Shown: positions 28,588-39,285, counted from the first letter of the stretch. The stretch is DNA of 64,000 bases from Bacteroidales bacterium (GCA_035258345.1 DATEVU010000134.1:340-64339); one strand, 5' to 3'. Made by a program: numbers and translations. The notes: a model not told the origin generated them from the letters alone.

Positions 28588-29769
28588 ATGCCTATGGGTG
28601 CTGATTTTTATACACTCACTGAGAACAGCCATAAGCAGGTTCTAAACGTCATAAGGATATACAAAGAGATATCCGGGGCGGAAATTTCCAGAATTACAGG
28701 ATTTCAGCCATCCACTATCCTGTATATACTTCGCATACTTGATAAAAGGGGCTTTATCAACATCAGCCGTACCGGTGATTCCACCCGCAAGGGAGGAAAA
28801 AGGCCTGTTTTGTGGAAGATCAAACCGGGTATTGGTATGATGTTGGGGGTTGAGGTATTCAGGAACAAACTCCGGTATGTTAAGCTTGATGTTGCCGGAA
28901 ACCTTTACGACAAGGGGGAGATCCCGGTTCCGCTTAGTGTTGAAAATACCGCTGATGTGCTGGTATCAAACATCAGGGATATGCTTTCTCATGAAGAACT
29001 TAACAGCAGAGCCTTTCTCGGGGTGGGTATCGGAATGCCGGGACTTGTTGACAGTCATAAGGGGTTATTGCAGTATTCCGCCCTGCTCGAAGTGAAAAAC
29101 ATGAGCCTGGGCGAGCAGCTGACAAAGAAGCTGGGCCGGCCTGTGTATATCCTGAATGATGCCAATGCAGGAGCCCTGAGCATTTCCTGGTATCATGATC
29201 AGCTGGAGGAAAAACTTCCTGCTAATATTGTTTATCTCACTTACAACAACGGTTCAAAAAACCTGGGTACAGGCCTGATCATCAATAATTCGCTGTATGA
29301 AGGCATTTCTGGTACCGCCGGAGAGATCTTCGATCCGTTGCCTGATCTGGGCCTGTTGGTAAATAACGCGGTTAAGAAATATGGAAGCAATCATCCGCTG
29401 CTGACGGATCACCAGTTGCCTGAGGCAATATCTTTCAAGAAACTTGCGGATTGCGCCCTGAGCGGCTGCAAACTGTCAGTTCACGTGGTAAGCAGGATAT
29501 GTGAACTTCTCAGCGAGGAAATAGTAAGGCTTACCGGTTTGTTGAATCCAAACCTTATTGTGCTTGGCGGTGACATCACTTGCAGGGTTGAATTATTAAG
29601 CGGTTATATTTTACCCAGGATCAGGAAGAAAACCAGCAAATTGCTGAAAATGGGGTTTAAGATACCCGGGATCCGTTATTCATCCTACGGTGAATATTCG
29701 GTGGCCATGGGAGCTACTGCCATGATCTTAAGTATGATTCTTCAAAGTCAAAATCATAAAACAAGATGA
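28588..29769 (+). CDS. ROK-family transcriptional regulator (NagC/XylR-like)
   Basis: 393 aa. N-terminal wHTH (ISGAEISRITGFQPSTILYILRILDKRGFI) followed by a ROK sugar-kinase fold (GVGIGMPGLVD...LNDANAGAL). Confidence 0.85.
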   Translation: MPMGADFYTLTENSHKQVLNVIRIYKEISGAEISRITGFQPSTILYILRILDKRGFINISRTGDSTRKGGKRPVLWKIKPGIGMMLGVEVFRNKLRYVKLDVAGNLYDKGEIPVPLSVENTADVLVSNIRDMLSHEELNSRAFLGVGIGMPGLVDSHKGLLQYSALLEVKNMSLGEQLTKKLGRPVYILNDANAGALSISWYHDQLEEKLPANIVYLTYNNGSKNLGTGLIINNSLYEGISGTAGEIFDPLPDLGLLVNNAVKKYGSNHPLLTDHQLPEAISFKKLADCALSGCKLSVHVVSRICELLSEEIVRLTGLLNPNLIVLGGDITCRVELLSGYILPRIRKKTSKLLKMGFKIPGIRYSSYGEYSVAMGATAMILSMILQSQNHKTR

Positions 29770-29770
29770 T

Positions 29771-32164
29771 ATGAAGTATAACACACAAAGCAAGGTTGAA
29801 GAATACTTCAACAGTATTCACAAAGACTACAGTCTTAGCAGCAAGTTCCATAAAATACCACTTATTGTGGTGGACAATTATATAGAACTGGGTCAGCTTA
29901 CTGCCCTCCGGTTTCTGGAATGGGTGAGCCTCAATCCGGGTGGTATTATTGCTCTTCCCACTGGTAAAACTCCCGAATTCTTCATTAAATGGGTACAATT
30001 TTATCTTGCCAACTGGAAAAAAGAATTGGACAGCGGAATTCTTGCCAAAATCGGGATCGATAAGAAACTGAAACCTGATATACATTCGCTTCACTTCTTC
30101 CAACTCGATGAGTTCTTTCCAATCAAGCCGGAACATGAAAGATCGTTCACCTATTTCGTGAAGAATTTCTACATCGACGGATTCGGCTTTGATCCCAAAA
30201 AGGTACATCTTCTCAATACTTATGATATACCGGAGAAGGCAAAAAAGGAATTCGGCAAAATACAGAATCTTGATGAGGTGTTCCCCGATGGTGTTATTGA
30301 TTTGGGATTGCGCATCCAGAAGCCAAACAATGAGCGCGGCCTGCTGAAACAAAAGACCATTAAGCTTTTTGATCAGTTCTGTCAGGATTATGAAGATGAT
30401 ATACGCAGGCGGGGAGGTATTGGCTTTTTCCTGGGCGGGATTGGTCCCGATGGCCACATTGCCTTCAATGTCAAAGGATCGGCACACCATTCACATACCC
30501 GGCTCACTAACATAAATTATGAGACCCAGGCGGTAGCTGCTTCTGATCTTGGAGGGATAGAACTGGTGCGTAAGAAGGCTGTGATCACTATCGGGCTTGA
30601 TACCATTACCTACAATCCCGAAACAGTAGCTATTATTATTGCTGCCGGACAGTCGAAATCCGACCAGGTAACCAAAGCCATTGAACATGAGCCTTCCATT
30701 ACCTATCCGGCCACGAGCCTGCAGAAGCTTAAAGGAGCCCGGTTCTTCATTACACAAAGCGCCGCAACCTTGCTTACGCTGAGTCCGGAGAACATCAAGC
30801 AGTTATATAAGGAAAGAAAGCTTTCCGGCAACTATTATGAAAAATTACTTGTCGCGGGTGCCGACCGGAATAACCTTTCCCTGATCGAAACTTCGAGAAT
30901 GGATTGTGAAGCAAATTCCGGAGATTTTCCCGAATGGAAAATTGCCTGTGAGATCCGGGGAAAATCGCTCGATGTACTTAGCGAAGAGACCTACAAGGGT
31001 CTGGTGGAAAAAATCAGGCATGGGATCAGTATTCCGGATAACCAGCGGATCCTTCATACAGCTCCGCATCACGATGATATTGAGCTTGCCTATTTCCCGC
31101 TGGTGCATCACCTTGTAAGATCACCCAACAACGAGAACTTTTTTGTGTATTGCACCAGTGGTTTTACCGCTGTGACCAATTTTTATGTAATCGAAAGGCT
31201 GGAGAATTTACAGGCACTGATACTTTCTGACCGGATTGTTGATAACCAGGAATTAAACAGGCTTGCGGATTATAGAAATGCGCAGGATGATATTACCGGG
31301 TACCTCAATGGCATTGCATTGCAGGATACCGATTTGCAGCATTTTCATATCAGTACCCGTCTAACCCGTTTATTCCTCAACCATTTGAAGACCAATGATC
31401 TTGGGAAATTGGCCTCTCAAGTGGGTGAGCTTATTACCAGACTTAAGGGTATTGAGCCCGGCAGGTCGGAGCCTGAAATCTTCCATCTGATCAAAGGTTG
31501 GTTACGTGAGTTTGAGGCCGAGCTCGTATGGGCTTATTTTGGGATCGATATGGATCATGTATCTCATCTCCGGTTACCATTTTATTCTGCCAATATTTTT
31601 CCTGAATATCCTAATTATGAGCAGGATGTACTTCCTGTTACAAAGCTGCTGGAGGAAATAAAACCCACCATTATAACCCTGGCCCTGGATCCTGAGGGAA
31701 GCGGTCCTGATACACACTATAAAACACTGATAGCCCTGTCGGAGGCAATCGACAAGTATGTTGCAGCTCATCCTGAAATGAACATTCGCATCTGGGGTTA
31801 CCGGAACGTGTGGTCGCGCTACCAGCTAACCGAGGTGAACATGGTTATACCTGTCTCTCTCAATTCTTTTGCGGTGTTGCATAACATGTTCAACAGTTGT
31901 TTCCTGAGCCAGAAATCGGCCTCGTTCCCCAGTTATGAGATTGACGGGACCTTCAGTGAGCTGGCCCAGAAAATATGGGTCGAACAGCATAACCATCTGG
32001 TGAATTTGCTGGGCAAGGAGTATTTTTATGACAGTCCCAATCCCATGTTGCGACGCACGTATGGCGCTATTTACTTAAAGGATATGAGTTATAAGGAATT
32101 CAGCGATTATCTGATTCCGGTAAGAAGATTGCTGAAGGCAAAGGAGATGCTTGGCGGCAGTTGA
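29771..32164 (+). CDS. Long-form glucosamine-6-phosphate deaminase: N-terminal NagB domain fused to a C-terminal LmbE/PIG-L-like domain
   Basis: 797 aa. NagB motifs ALPTGKTPEFF, HFFQLDEF, GGIGPDGHIAFN. C-terminal part ILHTAPHHDDIELAY...TLALDPEGSGPDTHYKT. The start is 1 nt after the ROK stop. Confidence 0.8.
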   Translation: MKYNTQSKVEEYFNSIHKDYSLSSKFHKIPLIVVDNYIELGQLTALRFLEWVSLNPGGIIALPTGKTPEFFIKWVQFYLANWKKELDSGILAKIGIDKKLKPDIHSLHFFQLDEFFPIKPEHERSFTYFVKNFYIDGFGFDPKKVHLLNTYDIPEKAKKEFGKIQNLDEVFPDGVIDLGLRIQKPNNERGLLKQKTIKLFDQFCQDYEDDIRRRGGIGFFLGGIGPDGHIAFNVKGSAHHSHTRLTNINYETQAVAASDLGGIELVRKKAVITIGLDTITYNPETVAIIIAAGQSKSDQVTKAIEHEPSITYPATSLQKLKGARFFITQSAATLLTLSPENIKQLYKERKLSGNYYEKLLVAGADRNNLSLIETSRMDCEANSGDFPEWKIACEIRGKSLDVLSEETYKGLVEKIRHGISIPDNQRILHTAPHHDDIELAYFPLVHHLVRSPNNENFFVYCTSGFTAVTNFYVIERLENLQALILSDRIVDNQELNRLADYRNAQDDITGYLNGIALQDTDLQHFHISTRLTRLFLNHLKTNDLGKLASQVGELITRLKGIEPGRSEPEIFHLIKGWLREFEAELVWAYFGIDMDHVSHLRLPFYSANIFPEYPNYEQDVLPVTKLLEEIKPTIITLALDPEGSGPDTHYKTLIALSEAIDKYVAAHPEMNIRIWGYRNVWSRYQLTEVNMVIPVSLNSFAVLHNMFNSCFLSQKSASFPSYEIDGTFSELAQKIWVEQHNHLVNLLGKEYFYDSPNPMLRRTYGAIYLKDMSYKEFSDYLIPVRRLLKAKEMLGGS

Positions 32165-32175
32165 GAATCTGGTTC

Positions 32176-32220
32176 AAAAAAAAACCTTCAGGGGACTTTG
32201 ATCGCCTGAAGGTTTTTTTT
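32176..32220. terminator. Bidirectional rho-independent terminator between convergent genes
   Basis: A9-AACCTTCAGG-12 nt loop-CCTGAAGGTT-T8. Confidence 0.88.
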
Positions 32221-32235
32221 AGTTCCTCCGGTCTA

Positions 32236-34350
32236 TTAATAAAACTCCCGGCGGTTGTCTTTTATATTGGCCAGTTCTTTAAGTGCTTCGAAAGCAAAAT
32301 AATTAGTTTTTGCACCGTTGCTGCGTTCTATGTAATTACGGGCCAGGTCAGTCTCTGATATATCCTCCCCGGAAGGTTCAGAAATATTGGTAACAGATAA
32401 CAAATATACCCCATTCTCGCCGGCAACCGGACCGGAAATGACCCCTTTTTCCAGGGATGTAGCGGCCGCAATAACATTGGGTTCCACGCCGGCATTACCA
32501 AGTACGGTGGAGGTAAAGCGGAGGCTACTTACAGGCTGCACCTGTAAACCAAGACTTTTTCCCAGCTCTTCAATGCTTTCTGCTCCCGATTTTTTAGATG
32601 CCATGGAAGCCATGATCTGTTCTGATTTTTTCTGCTGTCGTACCCTGTTTTCGATGTCAGCCCGGATTTCTTCAAGATCAGCAAATCCTTCTTCCCTTAC
32701 ATTATCAACAACGGCTACCACGTACCTGTTGCTAAACTTGAAGACCGCTGAGACATCCTTTTCTTCTGCTTTATAAGCCCAGTTAACCAATGGCCGGGCC
32801 ACTTCGAGATCATTTACTCTCTTTTCCATTGGCGCCAGGTTTAAGGCAGTCTGCGTGGTGGACTGCAGCTTTCCGTCTTCGATGGCCTTGTTGAATTTAT
32901 CCCAGGAATCGTTAACACCTGCAAATTCATTGACTTTTACATAGTATAGATGATCAGTTTCTTCGCTTGGTACTACGTTTTTAACAACTGTCCCTACCTG
33001 CACCTGTTTTACCGGTTCCGACTGATCAAGGATCTCTAAGATGTGAATGCCATATTGTGTTGCTACAAGTTTAACATCTCCTTTTTTTCCGAGGAAACAA
33101 CTGTCGCTGAACGCCTTTACCATTTCACCTTCCCTGAACCATCCAAGATCACCCCCGGTTTGTGCAGAACCGTCGGATGAATTCATCATGGCCAGCATGG
33201 AGAAGTCTGCACCTTCCTTGATCATTTTCATTAAACTGTCTGCCAACTGGTAGATAGTTTGCACATTGTTCTGCGTTGCCTGAAGGAGGATATGCCTGGC
33301 TTTGACCGAGTCAGGTAAAAAGTTGATTGCAGCCAGTCTTGAAATTTTGAATGCATTGTTTTCGAAATAGGGTCCGTATAAGGCTCCTGTCTGGGCTCCA
33401 AACATAAAATCGTTCAGCGTATCGGACAATTCACCCGGGTTATAATTCTTTTCATCGAAGGATTCGTCCGATTCCATATTTACGAACTGCTTGACATCTT
33501 CTGCCTTCTCAAACTCCGGCTTAATTTCGTTTATCCATAGTTCTGCAGCCTTGAAATCGTCCTCTGAGGGCACAACTTCAAAATAAGTATAGCGGATATC
33601 CCGTGATTCAGATTGTTTGAATTGATTGATGTTTTCCTTGTAATATTTCCTGATATCACTTTCCGTTATTGAAATGGATGAATCGGATATTGTATTGAAA
33701 TTCTGAACAATAAAATCCAAATCAACTGCCCTGGAGGATTCCTGTTGCTGGCGGAGGGCTTCGAATTTTGTGGCGTAGAGTCCTTTTCTTATCAGGTTCA
33801 GGTATTTTGTGTTCTTACGTTGTCTGAATATCTCGTTTTCGATATAGAGGTAGTACCTTTTCTCGTCGGTTTCTTCTTCCTCGGTTTGTATCCTTTGCAT
33901 GAATGAAAGGAATGCCCCACGGTTGAATACTCCGGTCTGGGGATCGGTGAACAACTGTGCAATTGCGGGATGCGGATTTTCCCCCATGATCATATCGGTT
34001 AGTTCTTCCTGGGGTACATCAATTCCGAGTTTGGCATATTGCTTTTCAAGCAGCAGGTCCTGGATCATATTTTCCCAGGTAACGTTACGGATCTGATCCA
34101 TAGTTTGTTCATCTATGCTTAACTGACCAGTCTGAAGTTTCTGGATCTCTTCAAGTTCATTTACCCGGGTTTCATAATCGGTATAAGGAATTGACTTACC
34201 GGAGATCTCGGCGATCTCAAATTTTGAACGGGTAAACAATGATCCTCCCGAATCAAGGAAATCACTCAGCACAAATGCCAGTAAAGCCAGTCCAATAACA
34301 ATAGCCAGCAAAAGCCCGGCCCTGACACGTAATTGTTCTAAAATTGCCAT
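32236..34350 (-). CDS. ppiD: Periplasmic chaperone / peptidyl-prolyl isomerase PpiD-like (SurA N-terminal domain plus parvulin)
   Basis: MAILEQLRVRAGLLLAIVIGLALLAFVLSDF...; parvulin region ARHILL...GGDLGWFREGEMVKAF. I prefer the ATG at 34350; the track start at 34356 is a TTG. Confidence 0.85.
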   Translation of the reverse strand: MAILEQLRVRAGLLLAIVIGLALLAFVLSDFLDSGGSLFTRSKFEIAEISGKSIPYTDYETRVNELEEIQKLQTGQLSIDEQTMDQIRNVTWENMIQDLLLEKQYAKLGIDVPQEELTDMIMGENPHPAIAQLFTDPQTGVFNRGAFLSFMQRIQTEEEETDEKRYYLYIENEIFRQRKNTKYLNLIRKGLYATKFEALRQQQESSRAVDLDFIVQNFNTISDSSISITESDIRKYYKENINQFKQSESRDIRYTYFEVVPSEDDFKAAELWINEIKPEFEKAEDVKQFVNMESDESFDEKNYNPGELSDTLNDFMFGAQTGALYGPYFENNAFKISRLAAINFLPDSVKARHILLQATQNNVQTIYQLADSLMKMIKEGADFSMLAMMNSSDGSAQTGGDLGWFREGEMVKAFSDSCFLGKKGDVKLVATQYGIHILEILDQSEPVKQVQVGTVVKNVVPSEETDHLYYVKVNEFAGVNDSWDKFNKAIEDGKLQSTTQTALNLAPMEKRVNDLEVARPLVNWAYKAEEKDVSAVFKFSNRYVVAVVDNVREEGFADLEEIRADIENRVRQQKKSEQIMASMASKKSGAESIEELGKSLGLQVQPVSSLRFTSTVLGNAGVEPNVIAAATSLEKGVISGPVAGENGVYLLSVTNISEPSGEDISETDLARNYIERSNGAKTNYFAFEALKELANIKDNRREFY

Positions 34351-34459
34351 GTACAACTAAAATTTAATGAAAAAAAAACAGGGTACGAATATAGTAATTA
34401 ATCTTATTTAATGAGAACGAATGCAAAAAATTAGCGATCCGGAAATTGCAGGGCAGGAT

Positions 34460-35725
34460 TTACTCATTCAGGGTTTTCAGCTGCACAAGATCAATGCGTG
34501 TCCGGCTTACTTTTAGGATCCTGAATTCATATCTTCCGATAATGATCTTATCATTCAACTGGGGTATATTTTGGTGATGAAATATTATGTACCCTGCCAG
34601 GGTGTCATATTCCTCCGATTCAGTAAAATTCAGGCCATACTTTTCATTCAGGTAATCAATTTCCAGCCGGCCCGAAAAAACATACCAACCATCCTCGGGA
34701 TTTTTTTCGATGAATTCATCTATATCATGTTCATCATCAATTTCACCAAAGATCTCTTCGATAATATCCTCAATGGTAAGCATACCGGATATACCCCCGA
34801 ATTCATCAACAACCACAGCAACGCTTTTATGTTCCTGGATGAATTTCTTAAGCAGTTTGTTGGCCGGAAGTGTTTCCGGCACATACGACACATTGATCAG
34901 CATGGATTTTATACTGGGCGGATTTCTGAACAGCTCCTTGGAAGTGACATACCCGATAATGTTCTCGATCGATTCATCGTAAATAAGGATTTTTGAAAAA
35001 CCGGTATCAACAAATTTTTGATTCAGCACATCCACCGGTTCATTGCTCTCAACGGCAATGATCTCTGTTCTGGGGATCATACAATCCCTCACTTTAATTC
35101 TGGAAAAATCGAGTGCGTTCTGGAAGAGTTTAATTTCATCTTTTTCCTGGCTGTTACTCTCGCCATTCATATCGTGACTTTCACTGATCAGGTGGTCCAG
35201 GTCAATTTTCCCAAAAACCATAGTGTCATACTGGTTTACCGAATCCATGCGCAGGATCTGCTTCAGGATCAGTTTGGACAGCCAGTGTACAAAAGCACTT
35301 GCCGGGTATAGTACAACAAACATGAGCAGCAGCGGGAACGACATGATGCGGAGGGCCAGGTTGGGATTTATCCTGACGAGTGTTTTGGGGATGTACTCGG
35401 CTACGGTGAGGACTATAAGGGTTGATAATAGCGTTTGTATTACCAGAATTCCCGTTTCCGATTGGATGAATCTTCCCAGGAAAGGGTCAAGCCCCCTTGC
35501 GATGAAAATTCCGTAGATGACAATGGCAATATTGTTGCCGAGCTGAATAGTGGCTATGTACTGTCCCGACCGGGCCTGAAACAATGCAATGATCCGTGAG
35601 GAAAACATTCCCTGTTTTCGGTCGAGTTCGAGCCTTAGCTTGTTTGAGGACAGGAATGCTATTTCCATTCCGGCAAAAAGGGCTGCCAGCAACAACATTA
35701 AGATAATAACAAACACCTGACTCAT
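34460..35725 (-). CDS. DUF21-CBS-CorC_HlyC protein (hemolysin / GldE-like)
   Basis: About 421 aa. N-terminal 4-TM DUF21, a CBS pair (VRDCMIPRTEIIAV...GFSKILIY), and a C-terminal CorC/HlyC-like domain. I prefer the ATG at 35725. Confidence 0.85.
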   Translation of the reverse strand: MSQVFVIILMLLLAALFAGMEIAFLSSNKLRLELDRKQGMFSSRIIALFQARSGQYIATIQLGNNIAIVIYGIFIARGLDPFLGRFIQSETGILVIQTLLSTLIVLTVAEYIPKTLVRINPNLALRIMSFPLLLMFVVLYPASAFVHWLSKLILKQILRMDSVNQYDTMVFGKIDLDHLISESHDMNGESNSQEKDEIKLFQNALDFSRIKVRDCMIPRTEIIAVESNEPVDVLNQKFVDTGFSKILIYDESIENIIGYVTSKELFRNPPSIKSMLINVSYVPETLPANKLLKKFIQEHKSVAVVVDEFGGISGMLTIEDIIEEIFGEIDDEHDIDEFIEKNPEDGWYVFSGRLEIDYLNEKYGLNFTESEEYDTLAGYIIFHHQNIPQLNDKIIIGRYEFRILKVSRTRIDLVQLKTLNE

Positions 35726-35755
35726 AACCCGCAAATTTATAAATTGTTTCCTGAT

Positions 35756-36355
35756 CTATGGAGCAGGGTCCTGATCTTCTCTGAAGTTAACTGTTCCTTT
35801 TGAACCGATAAGTCTCCACTTTGTGAGATCCTGTCGCGATTCAAAACCATTCTCTCCATAAAAAACACCATCGCTGTTGGTAAGTTTGGTAAATTTATCG
35901 GTGTAAATTTTTTCTTCCCTGCGGTTCCAGAACATCTGTTCGGTTTCAAGTTTTTCTCCCTCGCGCGGATTATCTGCAATTACCTGACCACGGGCCTCCC
36001 AGATATCAGTGTTTTCATAAAAGATTGCATAGTTGGCCTGTATGGTTGATTCAGGATTTCCAACTTCATCATAAAAAATAACCTTCATGCCCCTGGGAAA
36101 TTCAAAATAGGGTTCTTCCTTGTTGCTGTAATGATTCACCTCCGGAGCTATGATCTTTCCCACCAGTAACCCGGAATCGGTATAAGTTGTTTCGAAATCG
36201 AAACCAGACTGATCGGGGAGATTTAATTCGCTGGTTAGTGCATTGATGGTTTCAATATCATTCTTGCAGGAAAATTGTATAAATAATATAATGGTTATCA
36301 GAAAGAAAATTCTGAAGGTTGTTAACTGTAAACGTTTGTTGCATGCAGGTATCAT
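35756..36355 (-). CDS. lptC: LPS export periplasmic protein LptC-like
   Basis: 199 aa. Lipoprotein-like N-terminus followed by an OstA-like beta-jellyroll sequence. Its ATG overlaps the coaX stop (ATGA). The order coaX-lptC-CBS-ppiD is the conserved Bacteroidota order. Confidence 0.7.
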   Translation of the reverse strand: MIPACNKRLQLTTFRIFFLITIILFIQFSCKNDIETINALTSELNLPDQSGFDFETTYTDSGLLVGKIIAPEVNHYSNKEEPYFEFPRGMKVIFYDEVGNPESTIQANYAIFYENTDIWEARGQVIADNPREGEKLETEQMFWNRREEKIYTDKFTKLTNSDGVFYGENGFESRQDLTKWRLIGSKGTVNFREDQDPAP

Positions 36356-37086
36356 TTTTTATCCGGCATATTATACTCAAGGATGTGATTTAATCCCGAA
36401 AGTACCAGTTCGGGTATTGCAAAGATGGTACTTTTTAGTTCACGAACAAAGAACGATGCATCACCGCCGGTTAGTATTATTTTACAACCGGGATACAACG
36501 TTTCAAATTCATGGATATAACCGTTAATCTCATAAATAATACCTTGCTGCACACCGGCAGCAATAGCAGACCCGGTGTTGTCACCAAACCGGGGGAATCG
36601 GTCGTCTTTCTCAACCAGGGGTAACCGCGCGGTATAATCGTTCAGTGACCTGAATCTTGTATACAGTCCGGGAGAGATATTCCCTCCCCGGTATTCACCA
36701 GCGGCGGCTACAACATCAATTGTAATGGCGGTTCCCATGTCAATGATAAGCATATCGGAACCGGGGAATGACTTCCAGGCACCGACAGCCGCAGCAACCC
36801 GGTCGATTCCCAATGATTCCGGAGTTTTATAAACAATTGACAGGGGTAACGGGGTGGTGTTATCAAGCAACAAAAGCCTGCTGCCAGGACTAACTGCAGC
36901 AGTGATTGCATCGCGGTGTGCATTGCCCACCTCTGAAATAATAACCTTTTCTGCAGGCCTGGCTTCAATGCAGCCTGTTATATCTTCCTTCGCCGGGTTT
37001 TCAAACCGCAACATTCCGGTGAGTGCACCCTTATCGAACCAGGCAAGTTTGGTGAGGGTGTTGCCGATATCAATTACCAGATTCAT
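36352..37086 (-). CDS. coaX: Type III pantothenate kinase
   Basis: MNLVIDIGNTLTKLAWFDKG...LIIDMGTAITIDVV...GGNISPG. The ATG at 37086 avoids overlapping the upstream gene. Confidence 0.92.
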   Translation of the reverse strand: MNLVIDIGNTLTKLAWFDKGALTGMLRFENPAKEDITGCIEARPAEKVIISEVGNAHRDAITAAVSPGSRLLLLDNTTPLPLSIVYKTPESLGIDRVAAAVGAWKSFPGSDMLIIDMGTAITIDVVAAAGEYRGGNISPGLYTRFRSLNDYTARLPLVEKDDRFPRFGDNTGSAIAAGVQQGIIYEINGYIHEFETLYPGCKIILTGGDASFFVRELKSTIFAIPELVLSGLNHILEYNMPDKK

Positions 37087-37123
37087 GGACGTGTCTTTAA
37101 ATGCAATTCGTTTTATACTGTTT

Positions 37124-38572
37124 TCAGGGTGTATGGAAAGAACGTGCAAATCCGAAGATTGTATTGACGTTCAGCAAGCCTGTAATGAATGAGATTACCG
37201 CGGCAAAAACCAGATAAAATCCAAAGGAATAATACCAGCTGACCGGTATTTCTCTGAAAATAAAACAGCTGACAGCGATTACCACCGCAAATACAATAAT
37301 TCTGAACATAAGGTTATAATCGGGTTTGAACTTAAAGATCCTGCCTGCGAGAACAACCTGGTATACAGATGTGAAAAGTTGTGTTGCCATATTGGCAATG
37401 GCAGCGCCGAAAACCCCGAATTCCCGGATCAGCATTACGTTCAGTGAAATATTAATGACAACGGCAATTGCTGCCATTGTGTTAAGCTGTCGGAGGCTCC
37501 CGTTGGCAGTCAGCAACGTCCCAAAAATATATGTCGTGCACATGCCCAGAAAACTGAAAATTTGAATTCCAAAAACCCTGGAGGATTGCTGCACATGTTC
37601 GTTATAAAGAACACCGATGATTTCATTTCGGTAAGTCAGGCATCCGAAAGCAATTATTACTGCCGGTACAAATAGCAATGTGAACGACAGGCGGGTGAGC
37701 TGTTCAACTGATTCACCCAGTTTGATCATCCGGGAGAAAACAGGCAACAATATTAGTGTAAAAAGATAACCATAGTTTGACAGGATCTCTATGATCCGGA
37801 AACTCTGGGCATAAATACCGGCCTGTTCTTTTCCGTTTTCCAGCAGCTTACCAAGTAAAACCGTATCGATCCGCAGGTAGGTTGCCATAAGCAGGATAAG
37901 CAGTGCATAAGGAAGGCTGCGACGCAAAAAGGAAAGGTAATATTTCAGGTTAAACCTGAACCTTACGGCGCCTGCTTTCGCAAGCAGGATACTGAAGGAA
38001 ATAACGGCCACGATAAGGTAAGCTACTGTTTGGGCATAAACCAGCCATTCGATCCGGAATGTACTCCGGATCAGCGGGTCGAGTAAAAGAAAACCACAAA
38101 TTAAAATTACGATGAAACGGTCGATGACCGAAATAATGCTGTCGGCAGCGAACAGATGCAAGCCACCCAGGTTAGCCCTGAAATATAGTATGAAGCTTGC
38201 CAGGAATTGGTTAAATAACAGTACCAGCAAAAGCTTGAACTCTTGTAACTGCCATCCCAGAAAATAACCCACCAGTGAGCAGAAAATAAGATAGCATGCG
38301 CCCAGTAAAATTTTCAATGGCAATATGTTCGAAAAATACTTGGTAAGCAGGTGACTATGCCGTGCAATCTCCCGGCGACTGAAGTTTTCAATCCCCAGGT
38401 CAAGCAATATTTGAAAAATCAGGGAAAAGTTCAGCAGGATATAATAACTGCCATAGCTTGTAGCACCAACCGCATTCTGTACACCAACATCGATGCCAAA
38501 TGCATATACAGGTTTGATAAGCAAATTCAGAAAAAGAAGAAGGGCCAGATTCGTGACGAATTTCCTTTTCAA
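37124..38572 (-). CDS. MOP-superfamily polysaccharide/oligosaccharide flippase-like membrane protein
   Basis: 482 aa and highly hydrophobic, with about 12-14 predicted TM segments. Family call is by architecture only. Confidence 0.55.
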   Translation of the reverse strand: MKRKFVTNLALLLFLNLLIKPVYAFGIDVGVQNAVGATSYGSYYILLNFSLIFQILLDLGIENFSRREIARHSHLLTKYFSNILPLKILLGACYLIFCSLVGYFLGWQLQEFKLLLVLLFNQFLASFILYFRANLGGLHLFAADSIISVIDRFIVILICGFLLLDPLIRSTFRIEWLVYAQTVAYLIVAVISFSILLAKAGAVRFRFNLKYYLSFLRRSLPYALLILLMATYLRIDTVLLGKLLENGKEQAGIYAQSFRIIEILSNYGYLFTLILLPVFSRMIKLGESVEQLTRLSFTLLFVPAVIIAFGCLTYRNEIIGVLYNEHVQQSSRVFGIQIFSFLGMCTTYIFGTLLTANGSLRQLNTMAAIAVVINISLNVMLIREFGVFGAAIANMATQLFTSVYQVVLAGRIFKFKPDYNLMFRIIVFAVVIAVSCFIFREIPVSWYYSFGFYLVFAAVISFITGLLNVNTIFGFARSFHTP

Positions 38573-38673
38573 TACTGTTGAAAATTGGTTTCTTTACAAA
38601 TGTATAAAGTTTTGGGTACAGGCACCATTCTTTTTTAATGTGTTTCATAAGCCTTTCTGTAACAAACCGAAAC

Positions 38674-39285
38674 ATGAACCATGTCATGCTAAAGAGTCAT
38701 TTAATTTCAGGTGTTCATGAAGCAGGGTGTGATGAGGCCGGTCGTGGCTGTCTTGCCGGACCTGTTTTTGCAGCGGCCGTAATACTGCCTCCCGGTTATA
38801 AAAACCCGGTTCTCAATGATTCCAAGAAGCTTTCACCGGAAACACGGTCAAAAATGCGCGTAATAATCGAAAAAGAGGCCCTTGCATGGTCAGTTGCCTG
38901 GCTTGACAATGAAAAAATAGATGAGCTGAACATTCTACGTGCTTCGCTGCTTAGTATGCACCTGGCACTTGATAAACTGAAAATCAGGCCTGAACATATC
39001 CTGGTGGACGGAAACAGGTTTTATCCGTATCATTTGGTACCGTACCGTTGCATTGTAAGGGGTGACGGGTTATATGCTTCAATTGCAGCCGCTTCGGTTC
39101 TGGCTAAAACCTGGCGCGATGAATTCATGGTATCGCTCCACAGCCAGTATGCGCATTACGGTTGGGACCGGAATAAGGGATATCCGACTTCAGTTCATCG
39201 CCAGGCAATCAGGAAATTCGGTATTTCTCCCTATCATCGGAAAAGTTTTTCGCTTTTTGGTAACCAGCCTGAATTAATTTTTTGA
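38674..39285 (+). CDS. rnhB: Ribonuclease HII
   Basis: HEAGCDEAGRGCLAGPVFAAAVIL...DSKKLS...LVDGN...ASIAAASVLAK. The start is ambiguous (38674 or 38686). Confidence 0.92.
   Translation: MNHVMLKSHLISGVHEAGCDEAGRGCLAGPVFAAAVILPPGYKNPVLNDSKKLSPETRSKMRVIIEKEALAWSVAWLDNEKIDELNILRASLLSMHLALDKLKIRPEHILVDGNRFYPYHLVPYRCIVRGDGLYASIAAASVLAKTWRDEFMVSLHSQYAHYGWDRNKGYPTSVHRQAIRKFGISPYHRKSFSLFGNQPELIF

Noticed and set aside
29714-30490. Long antisense ORFs in the track: 258 aa here, 214 aa at 15528-16172, 199 aa at 23204-23803, 192 aa at 11692-12270, 214 aa at 46496-47140, 210 aa at 50461-51093 and 162 aa at 53440-53928
   Set aside because: Each overlaps, on the opposite strand, a gene with clear conserved motifs (NagB fusion, Lon, FtsH and others). 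They have odd composition and no motifs, so I treat them as shadow ORFs.
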